DNA from: a virus
IMG/VR virus record: IMGVR_UViG_3300028571_000009
DNA length: 64,000 bases
Reading direction: 5' to 3' (one strand)
Below are positions 20,366-30,845 of this stretch, piece after piece. The stretch's first letter is position 1, and every line of letters begins with the position of its first letter. The notes under the pieces were generated by a model that was not told the DNA's origin, made no database searches, and was given only the letters and a program-made list of their open reading frames with translations. Both the position numbers and the translations under genes were made by a program.

Positions 20366-21154
20366 ATGAGTGATAAATTATCAATATTTGGGCACTCGTT
20401 CCAAATAAAAATTATAGCGGCGTTAATGTCCGATAAAATGTATCTGCAACAGATTGCTGATATTATCGAACCGGCATTTTTCGAATCAGAAGCTAACAAT
20501 TGGATAGTAGATACTATCCTAGAGTACTATAAAGAATACAAGGTACCACCGACATTAGATGTATTTAAAACAAAAGCTCTAGAGATTACCAGAGACGTTA
20601 TGAAAATGGCGATTGTAGATTCATTACGTGAAGTGATGAAATACATGGATGCTGATGACCTAGATTACATTAAGAATGAAACCTTAAAATTCTGCAAAAA
20701 TCAATGCATTAAGAGGGCGATTCTAGATTCGGTAGATGCCTTGAAGAAAGGTGATTACGATGTTATCAAAACGAAAATTGATGCCGCACTTAAAGCAGGT
20801 GAACCGGTCTCAACTGGATATGATTATCTATTAAATGTCAAGCAACGATATAATGAAATCAGCAGAAACTGCATTGCAACTCCATGGCCGGTTATAAATG
20901 ATATAGCAGGTGGCGGCTTTGCAAAAGGTGAATTAGTCATCTTAGTTGCAGGTCCCGGCGGAGGTAAATGCGTAGGACCTAGTACTAGTATTGATATTGA
21001 ATATGAAGAATTAGGAATAGAACTTATTTCTAGTGTAGGTACGAAATTTACATTTTGGATTAATCCATATGATACGTATAATATAGATTCGAATGAATTA
21101 TTAGGTTGGCAGGTTATCAAATTCTTAAAAGATACAACCCCTGATGGTGGGTAA
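20366..21154 (+). CDS. DnaB/gp41-like helicase N-terminal part fused to N-intein
   Basis: TPWPVINDIAGGGFAKGEL...AGPGGGK then CVGPST. Confidence 0.9.
   Translation: MSDKLSIFGHSFQIKIIAALMSDKMYLQQIADIIEPAFFESEANNWIVDTILEYYKEYKVPPTLDVFKTKALEITRDVMKMAIVDSLREVMKYMDADDLDYIKNETLKFCKNQCIKRAILDSVDALKKGDYDVIKTKIDAALKAGEPVSTGYDYLLNVKQRYNEISRNCIATPWPVINDIAGGGFAKGELVILVAGPGGGKCVGPSTSIDIEYEELGIELISSVGTKFTFWINPYDTYNIDSNELLGWQVIKFLKDTTPDGG
20969..21151 (+). mobile_element. split intein N-fragment (61 aa) in helicase
   Basis: Cys1 directly after Walker A Lys. Confidence 0.75.
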
Positions 21155-21198
21155 TCTATTTTGTATAATTTTTTACATATTTATATTAAAGTAATTGT

Positions 21199-22122
21199 AT
21201 GGCTAGTGTAAAAGATGCATGGATTAAAAAGTATGGAGTAGATGAAGGTTTACGTAAATGGAATGTATTACGACCCAAATTTAATAGTAACGGTACACCG
21301 CCGGCGGGCAAAAACTGCGTTAAATATTGGACTGATTTAGGATACTCTGATGCGGAAGCTATAAAAGAAGTAAGTAGAGTTCAGCGAGCGCGCAGTCCCA
21401 GATGTGTTGAATATTATAATACGAGGGGTATTTTCGACGAACACATGATTGCAGAAAAGATTTCTGAGTTTCAGCGCCGGCAGTGTCCTAGGTGTATAGA
21501 GTATTATATTCATAGAGGAATAGATATCGAAACCGGTAAGCAACTAATCTATAAAATTCAGTCGGAACGTAGTATTAAATCTTCTAGATTTAATGGAAAA
21601 CGTCATAGTGCATTATCAAAAAGTAAAATGGCTACTGCGACCAGTATACTTAAACGTCAAGAAATAGAGCTATTAGGTAAAGAGGAATGGTTAAAACGCA
21701 ATTTTGGTGATAAAAGTAAAAATAGGGGAAGTTGTATATCAAAGGTTGAGCGGACATTACATACATATGTATTAGACATATGTAGTATTGACTTTGATAT
21801 CACACTGAATAAACAAATTCCCGGTACGACATATATCCCGGATATTACTATTGGTAAAAAAATAATCGAATTTAATGGCGACCGGTGGCACGCCAATCCT
21901 AAAATATATTCGGCTGATATGATATTGAATAAACCAGGTGAACAAAGTGTATCGAAATTATGGGAACGTGATTTAATACGCGAATCAGCATTAAAATCGT
22001 TAGGTTACTCGATTTTAATTGTTTGGGAGTATGATTGGAAACATTCACGTGCTGAATGTGAGATGAAAATTAGAAAATTTATATATGATATTGAAGACAC
22101 GGGTAGTAAAGGAAACGATTAA
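21199..22122 (+). CDS. free-standing Vsr/DUF559-like homing endonuclease
   Basis: YIPDITIGKKIIEFNGDRWHANP...VWEYD; WIKKYG motif. Confidence 0.8.
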   Translation: MASVKDAWIKKYGVDEGLRKWNVLRPKFNSNGTPPAGKNCVKYWTDLGYSDAEAIKEVSRVQRARSPRCVEYYNTRGIFDEHMIAEKISEFQRRQCPRCIEYYIHRGIDIETGKQLIYKIQSERSIKSSRFNGKRHSALSKSKMATATSILKRQEIELLGKEEWLKRNFGDKSKNRGSCISKVERTLHTYVLDICSIDFDITLNKQIPGTTYIPDITIGKKIIEFNGDRWHANPKIYSADMILNKPGEQSVSKLWERDLIRESALKSLGYSILIVWEYDWKHSRAECEMKIRKFIYDIEDTGSKGND

Positions 22123-22495
22123 AATTGGCGAACTATTTAACAAACTTCACATCGATAACTCGGTGGATGCCCAACATCTACCAGATTTTAATATATGGGT
22201 AAAAACTCCGTACGGTAATAAAAAAATAATTAACCTGTTTAGGACTGCCCTACAAGAAACATGCACGTGTTACTTCGGTAATAATAAAACCTTAGTATGT
22301 TCTTTGAAACATTTATTGAAAACTGAGCGAGGTTGGCTTCCGGTTGAATCAATTTGTTCTGACGATATAATTGAAACGGCCTCCGGAACTACCTATTTAA
22401 AATTCTATAAACGACATACCAAACTAGAATCGTTATATGATATATCTGTAGATACTGTTGGATGTTATTATACAAATAATATAGTATCACATAAT
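22085..22495 (+). mobile_element. split intein C-fragment in helicase
   Basis: CSLKH block, terminal His-Asn, Ser+1. Confidence 0.8.
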
Positions 22496-23263
22496 TCCAC
22501 AGCTCTTATGAACATAGGTGCACAGGGATTACGAAAGGGTCTGAATGTAGTATACTTTACCTTAGAGTTATACGAGAATTATATTTCACAACGGTATGAT
22601 GCTATTATCACAGGTATAGCAGCTCAGAATCTAAAATATCACGTAGATGAGATTGAAGCACAGCTGGAAAAGTTACCGGGTAGACTTCTATTACAGTATT
22701 ATCCGACAAAAACGGCATCATGTAATACGTTAAGAGCATATCTCAATAATCTAATTGTCAATGGAACCAAACCGGACATGGTTTTGGTAGATTATGCTGA
22801 CTTATTAAAGACCGCGGGTAGAAGCAAGGATTCGCATCACTTAGACCTGGAAAATATCTACGAAGATTTACGTGGATTGGCAGGTGAATATGAAGTACCG
22901 GTGTACACAGCAAGTCAGGCCGGTAGAGCCGCTGCTGACTCAGAAATTATTAGTGGCGAACAAGTAGCCGGCGCATACGCGAAGATTATGATTGGCGACT
23001 TTGTTATATCGTTATCAAGAAAGGTAACAGATAAAATATCAGGTACCGGTAGATGGCATATTATTAAGAATCGGTTCGGCCCGGACGGATTAACGTTGCC
23101 TAGTAAAATAAATATGAGTAACGGCCAAATGCAAATATTCGAAGAAGCTTCTGTGCAGGGTAAAGAAACACAAAAAACTATGGATAACGGGCAAGAAGTG
23201 CTTAGAAAGACGTTAGCAACTAAATTTAGGGAAATTAACCAAAAACCGGGGGACTTGGGATAG
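22085..23263 (+). CDS. 137-aa C-intein fused to helicase C-terminal part
   Basis: LYDISV...YYTNNIVSHN|S then TALMNIG, YFTLEL, VDYADLL, TASQ, KNRFGPDG. Confidence 0.9.
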   Translation: MILKTRVVKETIKIGELFNKLHIDNSVDAQHLPDFNIWVKTPYGNKKIINLFRTALQETCTCYFGNNKTLVCSLKHLLKTERGWLPVESICSDDIIETASGTTYLKFYKRHTKLESLYDISVDTVGCYYTNNIVSHNSTALMNIGAQGLRKGLNVVYFTLELYENYISQRYDAIITGIAAQNLKYHVDEIEAQLEKLPGRLLLQYYPTKTASCNTLRAYLNNLIVNGTKPDMVLVDYADLLKTAGRSKDSHHLDLENIYEDLRGLAGEYEVPVYTASQAGRAAADSEIISGEQVAGAYAKIMIGDFVISLSRKVTDKISGTGRWHIIKNRFGPDGLTLPSKINMSNGQMQIFEEASVQGKETQKTMDNGQEVLRKTLATKFREINQKPGDLG

Positions 23264-23317
23264 TAGGTTGATATTTATATCAGCCCCACATTTATCACAA
23301 GTTAAAACATATTAATA

Positions 23318-25573
23318 ATGCAAAAAGGAAAACAATTCTTAAGTGACCTTAAACTTTACTCAGATTACTTTAAATGGCAACCGGAGCTCGGTCGATACGA
23401 AAATTGGCAAGAAGCAACTACCGACATTGTCGATGGACACGTTAAAAAATACGCCGACATAGATATTAACTCGGATTTAGATTCAGTTCGTGAATCGCTG
23501 AATGACCAGCTTATATTAGCATCACAACGTAACCTACAGTATAGACATACTGAGATTATGAAACATAATATGCGAATGTACAATTGTACAACCTTGCATT
23601 TATGTAGAAACCGAGCGTTTCAGGAGATATTTTATATAGCCCTTTGCGGCTCTGGAGTCACACCGTCTCTATTAAAGCCCTTTGTAGATAATTTATCGCA
23701 CATTAGAAAGCGAACAGAGGGCACGAAAACTTTTGTAATCCAAGACTCTATAGAAGGGTGGGCGGACGCACTCGGGGTTCTAATGAGCTCGTATTTTATT
23801 GACAAACAACCGTTTAAAGAATATGCCGGGTATGAAATTAAGTTTGATTATTCACATATTAGACCTAACGGGTCATTTATATCAGGTGGATTTAGAGCAC
23901 CGGGTCCTGATGGACTAAAACAGTCCTTAGAAAAAATTGAAGTTCTTATTGAAAAGTGGTTATCTAAAGAAGGTGAAGTTATTCGCCCGATATTAGCATA
24001 TGATATAATCTGTCATGCCGCTGACGCAGTGTTATCAGGTGGCGTTAGACGTTCCGCATTAGGGATGATTGTCGACCCCAATGACCCTGAGATGATTAGT
24101 GCGAAAATGGGCAATTGGCGGCAAGATAACCCGCAGAGAGCTAGGAGTAATAACTCGGTATTACTATTACGTGATGGGGTTACAAAAGCAGATTTTGAGC
24201 ATATTGTTAAATTAAATGACGGTGATAATGACATCGGGTTCGTTTTTGGCAACAGTTGGTTTGATGTATTCAATCCTTGTTACGAAATCTCGTTCACACC
24301 GGTATTAACCACCGTTGATTTAACATCTATTACATATGAATTTCTAAAAGACTTCGTTCAACAGAATGAAGATAGCTTTGGTATACAAGGTTGTAACCTT
24401 ACAGAAATTAATGGTGAAAAATGTACAACTAAACCGAAGTTCCTAAAAGCGTGTAAGGACGCTACTATATTAGGTACTCTACAAGCGGGTTATACATCAT
24501 TCCCGTATTTAGGTGACGTAACCGAAGCTCTATTTAAACGCGAAGCATTACTCGGAGTATCTATCACTGGTTGGATGAATAATCCTGACTTGTTTAATGC
24601 TGAATTATTACGTGAAGGCGTTGATGTAGTTCGTAATACAAACATATTGTGGTCTGAACGGGTAGGAATAAATCAAGCCGCCAGATTAACTTGTGTTAAA
24701 CCATCAGGTAATGCCGCAGTGATATTAGGTACAGCATCAGGCTGTCATCCAGACCACGCAGAGCGACTATTTAGAATAATGCAACTTAATATGAATAGTG
24801 ATACCGCAAAATGGTTAGCTGAACATATGCCGTTCTTGTTAGAAAACAGTGTATGGTCTTCGACAAAGAGTGATTATGTAGTTTTCGTTCCTATAGAAAA
24901 TCCTAAGGATGGTCTATATAAAAAGGATATGAAAGGTGTTAAGCACTTGGAGTATATCAAACTAATTCAACAAAATTGGGTAGTACCGGGCACCGTTAAG
25001 GAATTAGGTATATCGCCAAAAATCAATCACAATACATCATGTACCGTTATTATAGATGATAAAGATGCCGTAGTAAATTACATATGGGACAATAAAGATT
25101 TATTCACCGCAGTCGCATTTATATCTGACTACGGTGATAAGGACTATAATCAAGCACCATTTACTAGTGTATTAGATTTAGATACAATCGTCGCGGAGTA
25201 TGGTCATGGAGCACTATTCGCATCAGGTCTTATTGTAGACGGCTTACATTATTTCGACCAGAATTTATGGTTAGCGTGCGATTCAGTTTTAGATAAAACT
25301 ATCACATTGACGGGTACGAGAGAGCAAGTTCTTCTTAAGAAATATTGGGTAGATAGAGCTAAGAAGTTCGCTAAGAATTATTTCAAGAATGATTTAAAGC
25401 GTGCAATATATTGTTTAAAGGATGTCCACTTATATCATAAGTGGGTATCAATTAATAGACAGTTCCGGGAAGTTAATTTCGAGAAGATTTTAATTGCTCC
25501 GACATTTAAAAACATAAGTGATTACGCCGCAATGAGCTGTGCGGGCGGTAGTTGCGAAATAACAAGTATTTAG
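23318..25573 (+). CDS. nrdJ: ribonucleotide reductase, class II (NrdJ-like)
   Basis: YNC, RRSA, NPCYEI, GCNLTEIN, CVKPSG, C-terminal CAGGSC; no beta-subunit gene adjacent. Confidence 0.8.
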   Translation: MQKGKQFLSDLKLYSDYFKWQPELGRYENWQEATTDIVDGHVKKYADIDINSDLDSVRESLNDQLILASQRNLQYRHTEIMKHNMRMYNCTTLHLCRNRAFQEIFYIALCGSGVTPSLLKPFVDNLSHIRKRTEGTKTFVIQDSIEGWADALGVLMSSYFIDKQPFKEYAGYEIKFDYSHIRPNGSFISGGFRAPGPDGLKQSLEKIEVLIEKWLSKEGEVIRPILAYDIICHAADAVLSGGVRRSALGMIVDPNDPEMISAKMGNWRQDNPQRARSNNSVLLLRDGVTKADFEHIVKLNDGDNDIGFVFGNSWFDVFNPCYEISFTPVLTTVDLTSITYEFLKDFVQQNEDSFGIQGCNLTEINGEKCTTKPKFLKACKDATILGTLQAGYTSFPYLGDVTEALFKREALLGVSITGWMNNPDLFNAELLREGVDVVRNTNILWSERVGINQAARLTCVKPSGNAAVILGTASGCHPDHAERLFRIMQLNMNSDTAKWLAEHMPFLLENSVWSSTKSDYVVFVPIENPKDGLYKKDMKGVKHLEYIKLIQQNWVVPGTVKELGISPKINHNTSCTVIIDDKDAVVNYIWDNKDLFTAVAFISDYGDKDYNQAPFTSVLDLDTIVAEYGHGALFASGLIVDGLHYFDQNLWLACDSVLDKTITLTGTREQVLLKKYWVDRAKKFAKNYFKNDLKRAIYCLKDVHLYHKWVSINRQFREVNFEKILIAPTFKNISDYAAMSCAGGSCEITSI

Positions 25574-25575
25574 TT

Positions 25576-25830
25576 ATGAAAAAGGTAATATTGTTCACAG
25601 CAACTTGGTGTAAAAACTGCGAACCAGTGAAAGCCATATTAGAAGGACTTAAGTCCGAAATGGATATTGAAAAGATTGACATTGATGAAAATGCTCAATT
25701 GGTTCAACGATTTAATATTCGTTCGGTACCGACGGTCGTGTATCTAAATTCACACGAGGTTGAAACCCAACGTATATTAGGACTTCAACCGAAACAAACA
25801 TATTTGTCGGCATGGTCCGAAACTAAGTAA
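25576..25830 (+). CDS. thioredoxin
   Basis: WCKNC, SVPT; ATG at 25576 preferred to track start 25552. Confidence 0.85.
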   Translation: MKKVILFTATWCKNCEPVKAILEGLKSEMDIEKIDIDENAQLVQRFNIRSVPTVVYLNSHEVETQRILGLQPKQTYLSAWSETK

Positions 25831-25832
25831 TC

Positions 25833-26051
25833 ATGCCTAAATTAGATTTACATGGTGTCAAGTACTTTGATGTAGAAGACACTATATTAGATTGGATTCA
25901 TTTCCAAGAACTACCGGCTGAAATTATTACAGGAAACAGTTCTAAAATGAAAAAACATGTACAAAGAGTTTTAGAAGCGAATAATTATTCTTATACTATA
26001 GGGGACACAATTAATCAAGGTTATATAAAAGTTACACATTATGGAAGTTAA
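25833..26051 (+). CDS. Smr-domain-like small protein
   Basis: LDLHG...IITG. Confidence 0.6.
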   Translation: MPKLDLHGVKYFDVEDTILDWIHFQELPAEIITGNSSKMKKHVQRVLEANNYSYTIGDTINQGYIKVTHYGS

Positions 26052-26457
26052 AGTAAAAAAATTAAACAAATCATCCATTATCCCATCATACGCTAAACAA
26101 GGTGATGCCGGATTAGATTTAGTAGCGATATCAAAAGTTCAACATGAAAATCTGGTAGAATATGGTACTGGGCTAGCAATTGAAATACCTGAAGGGTATG
26201 TAGGGTTGATATTCCCGAGAAGTAGCATAAAGAATTATGATTTAAGCTTAACAAACTGCGTTGGAGTAGTAGACAGTGGTTATAGGGGAGAAATAAAGGC
26301 CTTCTTTAGAACTCACGGAGATACTGCTCATTATAATGTAATGGAAAAAATAGCTCAAATTGTTATAGTACCGTATCCACAGATTAAATTGGTCGAAGTA
26401 GCTGAACTATCAGAATCTGAACGCGGCGTAGGCGGTTACGGTAGTTCTGGAAAATAG
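26041..26457 (+). CDS. dut: dUTPase (trimeric)
   Basis: AGLDL, PRSS, GVVDSGYRGE, KIAQ, RGVGGYGSSG. Confidence 0.95.
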   Translation: MEVKVKKLNKSSIIPSYAKQGDAGLDLVAISKVQHENLVEYGTGLAIEIPEGYVGLIFPRSSIKNYDLSLTNCVGVVDSGYRGEIKAFFRTHGDTAHYNVMEKIAQIVIVPYPQIKLVEVAELSESERGVGGYGSSGK

Positions 26458-26481
26458 TAATATTTATTACTAAAGAATAAT

Positions 26482-27807
26482 ATGCAAATTGATATCGAAG
26501 AAATATTACAGGAATGGGGCTATCGTTGTAGACGTGGATACCCGGTATATGGTGACAGCCAAGATATGGTTATTCTACGTGAGGTATTAGCCGAAATGAA
26601 TGTAGATGGTGCATTGGGTGATATCAATACTATTATACCAACACTAATATCAGAAGCGCCGTCAGCTATCACATTATATCCAAAAAGTTTAGTATCGAAG
26701 TTGACTGCTGCGGGTAAATTAGAAAAATTTACCGAATTCGTTAATAGTATACCGGGCGGAGATGCTCCGGCAAAGGTATCAGACGGTATTACTAGAATAT
26801 GTGCCAATAAATCATATGAAGACGTACTTGTTAAGTTATTTAAGGCCGGTAAATCATTAAAAGACTTGGTAAAAGTTAATCCGAGCGAAGGCGTTCCTGG
26901 GTTGTTATTCAATGTACGACCATCAGGTACTGGACCGGGTGAAGTACTTATATCATGGGTAATTGAGAATGCGGCCTTCCAAGGTGGCACTGTATCATAT
27001 GATATAGATTATGCCGGGGAACATTGGGAAGTAAAATCATTAGTTAAAGCTTCAGGAGGAAACGGTGCGGAACCGATAGACCCTGCCAATTATGGTAAGA
27101 TAAGCGGCCAAGCCGGTAAAAAACTTACACAACAACTTCAAGGATTTTTTGAGCATATAATTGACCCGTATTATGACAATAAGTTACGGGACGGTATAAT
27201 GGCACTTTCTGAGGACGCTACCGTTAAACATAAATTAGATGCGTTATTGATTGCACTAGAAAGTATGCCAAGAACTTCAGCTGATGGTAGTAGATTATTA
27301 TCGAGTTCAATCGGAGAAATGACATCGGTATTATTTAACAAATTTTACGTAGGGTTAAATGCTATGCACAAGTCGTTACCAGCATCAGTAAGAAATACTG
27401 CTAAGGCATCGAGAATAGCTGTGAAATCTAGCACGACCGACGCACAATTCTGGATAGACCCGAAAGATGCTGATGATATCACTAAAAATGCTGGAAAGGA
27501 TAAAGAGGTAGCAATTAAGGTCGGTACTGAAATCACCGACGAGAATAAAGAAGCGAAAATTTGGTTATCACATTTAATGAATAACCAATTCGTAAGAAAC
27601 CCAGAATCATTTATTACACAATTACGTGAAATACGTGATGGGTTTGCAGTCGGAAAGGCTGGTTTGATTTACATTACTAAAGGTAAGTTTAATCTAAGTA
27701 ATTCCATGGAGGATTTCTTCACTTCCGGAATCACACGTGGTACATATCGATTTAGCTTGAAAAATCAAAACAGATACGCAGGATATACATACGCTCAAGA
27801 ACAATAA
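26482..27807 (+). CDS. hypothetical protein with possible restriction-endonuclease-like (PD-D/ExK) domain
   Basis: GTGPGEV...YDI....WEVKS; ILxEWxYR N-terminal motif. Confidence 0.5.
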   Translation: MQIDIEEILQEWGYRCRRGYPVYGDSQDMVILREVLAEMNVDGALGDINTIIPTLISEAPSAITLYPKSLVSKLTAAGKLEKFTEFVNSIPGGDAPAKVSDGITRICANKSYEDVLVKLFKAGKSLKDLVKVNPSEGVPGLLFNVRPSGTGPGEVLISWVIENAAFQGGTVSYDIDYAGEHWEVKSLVKASGGNGAEPIDPANYGKISGQAGKKLTQQLQGFFEHIIDPYYDNKLRDGIMALSEDATVKHKLDALLIALESMPRTSADGSRLLSSSIGEMTSVLFNKFYVGLNAMHKSLPASVRNTAKASRIAVKSSTTDAQFWIDPKDADDITKNAGKDKEVAIKVGTEITDENKEAKIWLSHLMNNQFVRNPESFITQLREIRDGFAVGKAGLIYITKGKFNLSNSMEDFFTSGITRGTYRFSLKNQNRYAGYTYAQEQ

Positions 27808-27809
27808 TC

Positions 27810-27840
27810 TTGGTAAGTATCATCTAATTACTTATATTAA
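27810..27840 (+). promoter_or_regulatory. putative promoter TTGG-N19-TATATTA
   Basis: fixed-spacing motif. Confidence 0.6.
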
Positions 27841-27845
27841 TCATT

Positions 27846-28322
27846 ATGGGACGTTACATTTCTACAAAAATATTCGACAATTATTCAGTATCATTACGCC
27901 AATGGAAAGCTCAACACTCGCATTGTCAGCTCAAACATGGCTACTCCATTAAGTTCAAGGTATGGTTTGCATCAGTAGAATCTGATGAGTCGAAACAACT
28001 CGATTCCATGGGTTGGATTTTGGATTATGGCGGATTCAAAACAAAACCGACAGGTAACGGTCTTAAGGACTGGATGAATTATATGTTCGACCATACGACC
28101 TTAATTGAAAAAGATGACCCGTATTTAGATATATTTCAACAAGAAGAACAAATGGGCTTATGCCATTTACGCGTTATGGAGAAAATGGGAGCAGAATCAT
28201 TAGCTAAATTAGTATTTGATAAATTTAATGATGTGTTATCAAAAACAGATGCCGGCCGCTGCAAGGTGATTAAGGTAGAATGTTTCGAAAATGACTCAAA
28301 TTCATCAATTTACGAAGAATAA
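27846..28322 (+). CDS. queD: 6-carboxy-5,6,7,8-tetrahydropterin synthase
   Basis: HC..KHGYS, LDYG, FDHT, E at C-terminus. Confidence 0.9.
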   Translation: MGRYISTKIFDNYSVSLRQWKAQHSHCQLKHGYSIKFKVWFASVESDESKQLDSMGWILDYGGFKTKPTGNGLKDWMNYMFDHTTLIEKDDPYLDIFQQEEQMGLCHLRVMEKMGAESLAKLVFDKFNDVLSKTDAGRCKVIKVECFENDSNSSIYEE

Positions 28323-28336
28323 TCATATTTATTAAT

Positions 28337-28876
28337 ATGAAACTTTCGAAAATTGTAAATGAGATTCTATTAGTTGAACGGGTATTAACTCTAATCACCC
28401 CGGACGATAGAAAAAAGTATTTAGATGTTGTATGGGATATTCTGCAGAAATCATACGAGAAAATCGGCGGGTTTAAATCAGTACCGAATAAAGAAGCTCT
28501 TATACCAGAAACAAATATTTGGAAGCTAGTACGTAAAGGTAATAAAATTGTCGCTGTCGGACTATATTCTAGTAAAAGTGGTAGAAAGTGTATAGGCTCA
28601 GGTACTGACGGGTCGCCTGAAGGTAAAGCTGCACTGTTACAAATGTGGCTAGATGATACTAAACAAAATAGGTCGTGGGGAGAAGTATCCGGGGCGGCTG
28701 AACATATCAAGTTAAAACAGGGCTATAAAGTTATACCGAATAAGTATGCATCTCAGATACTTAACAAAGACATATTGTCATTGAATCCAGACGGTGTACA
28801 TTACACGAGATATATTGGAGGAGCACCGCATGAAAAACTTCTAACGGGACACGTGGAGGGATTAAACTTGGAGTAA
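28337..28876 (+). CDS. conserved hypothetical phage protein (leader motif; possible GNAT-like fold)
   Basis: VWDILQKSY..IGG, WKLVRK, GRK..GSGTDGS. Confidence 0.5.
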   Translation: MKLSKIVNEILLVERVLTLITPDDRKKYLDVVWDILQKSYEKIGGFKSVPNKEALIPETNIWKLVRKGNKIVAVGLYSSKSGRKCIGSGTDGSPEGKAALLQMWLDDTKQNRSWGEVSGAAEHIKLKQGYKVIPNKYASQILNKDILSLNPDGVHYTRYIGGAPHEKLLTGHVEGLNLE

Positions 28877-28915
28877 TCAAATTAATTTCTTATCTTTATA
28901 GTATGAGCAAGATTT

Positions 28916-29011
28916 AAACCGAAAGGTTCCCGGGACGGTATTAGTTTGGCGACTCACATTTGTTCCGGGTTTTCTTTTTATTTAGATATTTATATGTAGC
29001 CAAATTAATAC
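28916..29011 (+). ncRNA. HNH-associated structured RNA element, copy 1
   Basis: AACC-GAAA-GGTT hairpin; 8-bp stem plus U tract; loop pairs with 13 nt just upstream of ATG 29014. Confidence 0.7.
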
Positions 29012-29013
29012 AT

Positions 29014-29847
29014 ATGAATTACCAAAGAATCTATAACCAGATAATAGAACGTGCCCAATCGGAGGTTAGTGAACGAATATTACATAAAAAGAATGGTGGA
29101 TATTACGAAGGACATCATATTATTCCGAGATGCATGGGCGGGGAGGGCGAATCTTGTAGTTGGCTACGTAAGGGGCAACATTATCGACATCCGAACATAG
29201 TAGGTCTAACTGCAAGAGAGCATTTTCTATGTCATTGGTTATTAATTAGAATATACACTGATAATCATAGTATAGCATATGCATTCAAAAATATGTGCAA
29301 AAACTATAACAAGAGTTACACAGATTTTGTTCCTTCAAGTAGAATGTATGCCGAAGCCCGCGCACATTTAAGTATGTTAGGGCACTCGCATATGACCAAG
29401 TTACGTATGTCTACTAGTAGGAAAAATATGTCTACCGAAAATAAGAGTAAAATAGCTCTAGCAGTGAGTTTAGCTCAAAAGGGTATTCCAAAAAGTACTG
29501 CGGTTTGTTCATACTGTGATGGTGAATTTGCCGTGAATATTATAGGTCGATATCATATGGATAATTGCAAGCACAAACCGGGTAATGAAGGCGTTATTCG
29601 TCATCATTCACCAGAACATCAAAATAATTTATTCGGACCAAAACCGATTGTTACCTGTCCACATTGTGCCAAGACCGGTGGCGCGAATAATATGTTTCGA
29701 TATCATTTTGATAAATGTCGAAATAAGCCCGGTAATGAATTATTAACACATAAATTAAAACGTATTGAATGTCCACATTGTTTAACATCTATAGGAGTTA
29801 ATCGTGTATGGAATCATTTTGATAATTGTAAACAAAATAAAAAATAA
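29014..29847 (+). CDS. HNH homing endonuclease with C-terminal Cys/His repeats
   Basis: MNYQRIY, EGHHIIPRC, LTAREHFLCH; ATG 29014 preferred to track start 28960. Confidence 0.85.
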   Translation: MNYQRIYNQIIERAQSEVSERILHKKNGGYYEGHHIIPRCMGGEGESCSWLRKGQHYRHPNIVGLTAREHFLCHWLLIRIYTDNHSIAYAFKNMCKNYNKSYTDFVPSSRMYAEARAHLSMLGHSHMTKLRMSTSRKNMSTENKSKIALAVSLAQKGIPKSTAVCSYCDGEFAVNIIGRYHMDNCKHKPGNEGVIRHHSPEHQNNLFGPKPIVTCPHCAKTGGANNMFRYHFDKCRNKPGNELLTHKLKRIECPHCLTSIGVNRVWNHFDNCKQNKK

Positions 29848-29851
29848 TAAG

Positions 29852-30442
29852 ATGTACAAGATTGTATATATACATGGGTTTGGGTCGTCGGGTGAATCTG
29901 AAAAGGCCCAATTATTACGTAAAGCATTTCCAAATGATAACGTGATATCTCCTAGTTTTTCAGCAAACCCATTAGTAGCCGTTAGTCAATTACACAAAAT
30001 TCTATCATCCGGTCCAGTCCCTACTATAGTAATAGGTACATCATTAGGTGGTTTCTATGCCACATATTTAGCCGTTAGATACGATGTTCCGGCATTTATT
30101 ATTAACCCTTCATTAGAGCCGCATATTACATTACAATCATACATAGGAAAGCATAAACGTTACGGTAATAGTACAGACACGGATTATGATTTTCAAGCAC
30201 CATATATAGACGAGCTTAAAAAGTTGTTTGATAAAATGCATGCATCTGATAAAGCCGGTAGTAATTTACATTTTTATCTATCTACCGATGATGATGTATT
30301 AACATACGAAAAGCTAGATACACTGTTTCCAAATAGACAGCACGTAAAAACCTTTAATAATTCCGGGCATAGGTTTTCCAAATTCTCAGAAATATTTCCG
30401 GATATTCAGAAAGCGTTAGATAAATTCCCAAAAAAGAAATAA
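29852..30442 (+). CDS. YqiA/YcfP-like alpha/beta hydrolase (esterase)
   Basis: IHGFGSS, GTSLGG, INP, DD, GHRF. Confidence 0.85.
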   Translation: MYKIVYIHGFGSSGESEKAQLLRKAFPNDNVISPSFSANPLVAVSQLHKILSSGPVPTIVIGTSLGGFYATYLAVRYDVPAFIINPSLEPHITLQSYIGKHKRYGNSTDTDYDFQAPYIDELKKLFDKMHASDKAGSNLHFYLSTDDDVLTYEKLDTLFPNRQHVKTFNNSGHRFSKFSEIFPDIQKALDKFPKKK

Positions 30443-30475
30443 TTTGGTAAGGTAATTAATATTCCTTATATTTAG
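30443..30475 (+). promoter_or_regulatory. putative promoter TTTGG-N19-TATATTTAG
   Basis: fixed-spacing motif. Confidence 0.6.
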
Positions 30476-30502
30476 ATATTGTTAATTTCAAATAAATAAG
30501 TT

Positions 30503-30745
30503 ATGAAAACTGTAAAAAAGGGTACTGAATACAAACGCGTATCAGACACCGAAGCCTACCATCTGGTAGAATTTAAGGGTTGGAACTTTGCTAGTAAAGA
30601 AGAATGGAAGAAAAATGTTAGAGACGAAGGTAAGGCCGCCCCAGTAACGGCGCCTGGTCAGGCTCCTGATAGAAATCCTACAACAGACACTCCGGTACCT
30701 GTTAAGGAAAAGAAACCGAAAAAGGATAAAAAAGACAAGAAATAG
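30503..30745 (+). CDS. small basic hypothetical protein
   Basis: ORF track; Lys-rich tail. Confidence 0.65.
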   Translation: MKTVKKGTEYKRVSDTEAYHLVEFKGWNFASKEEWKKNVRDEGKAAPVTAPGQAPDRNPTTDTPVPVKEKKPKKDKKDKK

Positions 30746-30845
30746 AGTTAATGACGACAACGACTCGATTCCTAAAAAATTCTGAAACTAATGAAAAAGT
30801 TTCTTATATTGATATAGTAAAAAGTCGTGAACTACAAAAAAGACA

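Noticed and set aside
17303-22122. Group I introns around the recA, helicase (and GT2) endonuclease genes
   Set aside because: Gaps are under ~50 nt or overlapping, no intron core is recognisable, and intein motifs explain the recA and helicase splits.
28916-29011. HDV-like/theta ribozyme identity for the repeated RNA element
   Set aside because: The P1/P2 topology is similar, but I could not find a conserved P3/P1.1/P4 or catalytic C; left as an open test.
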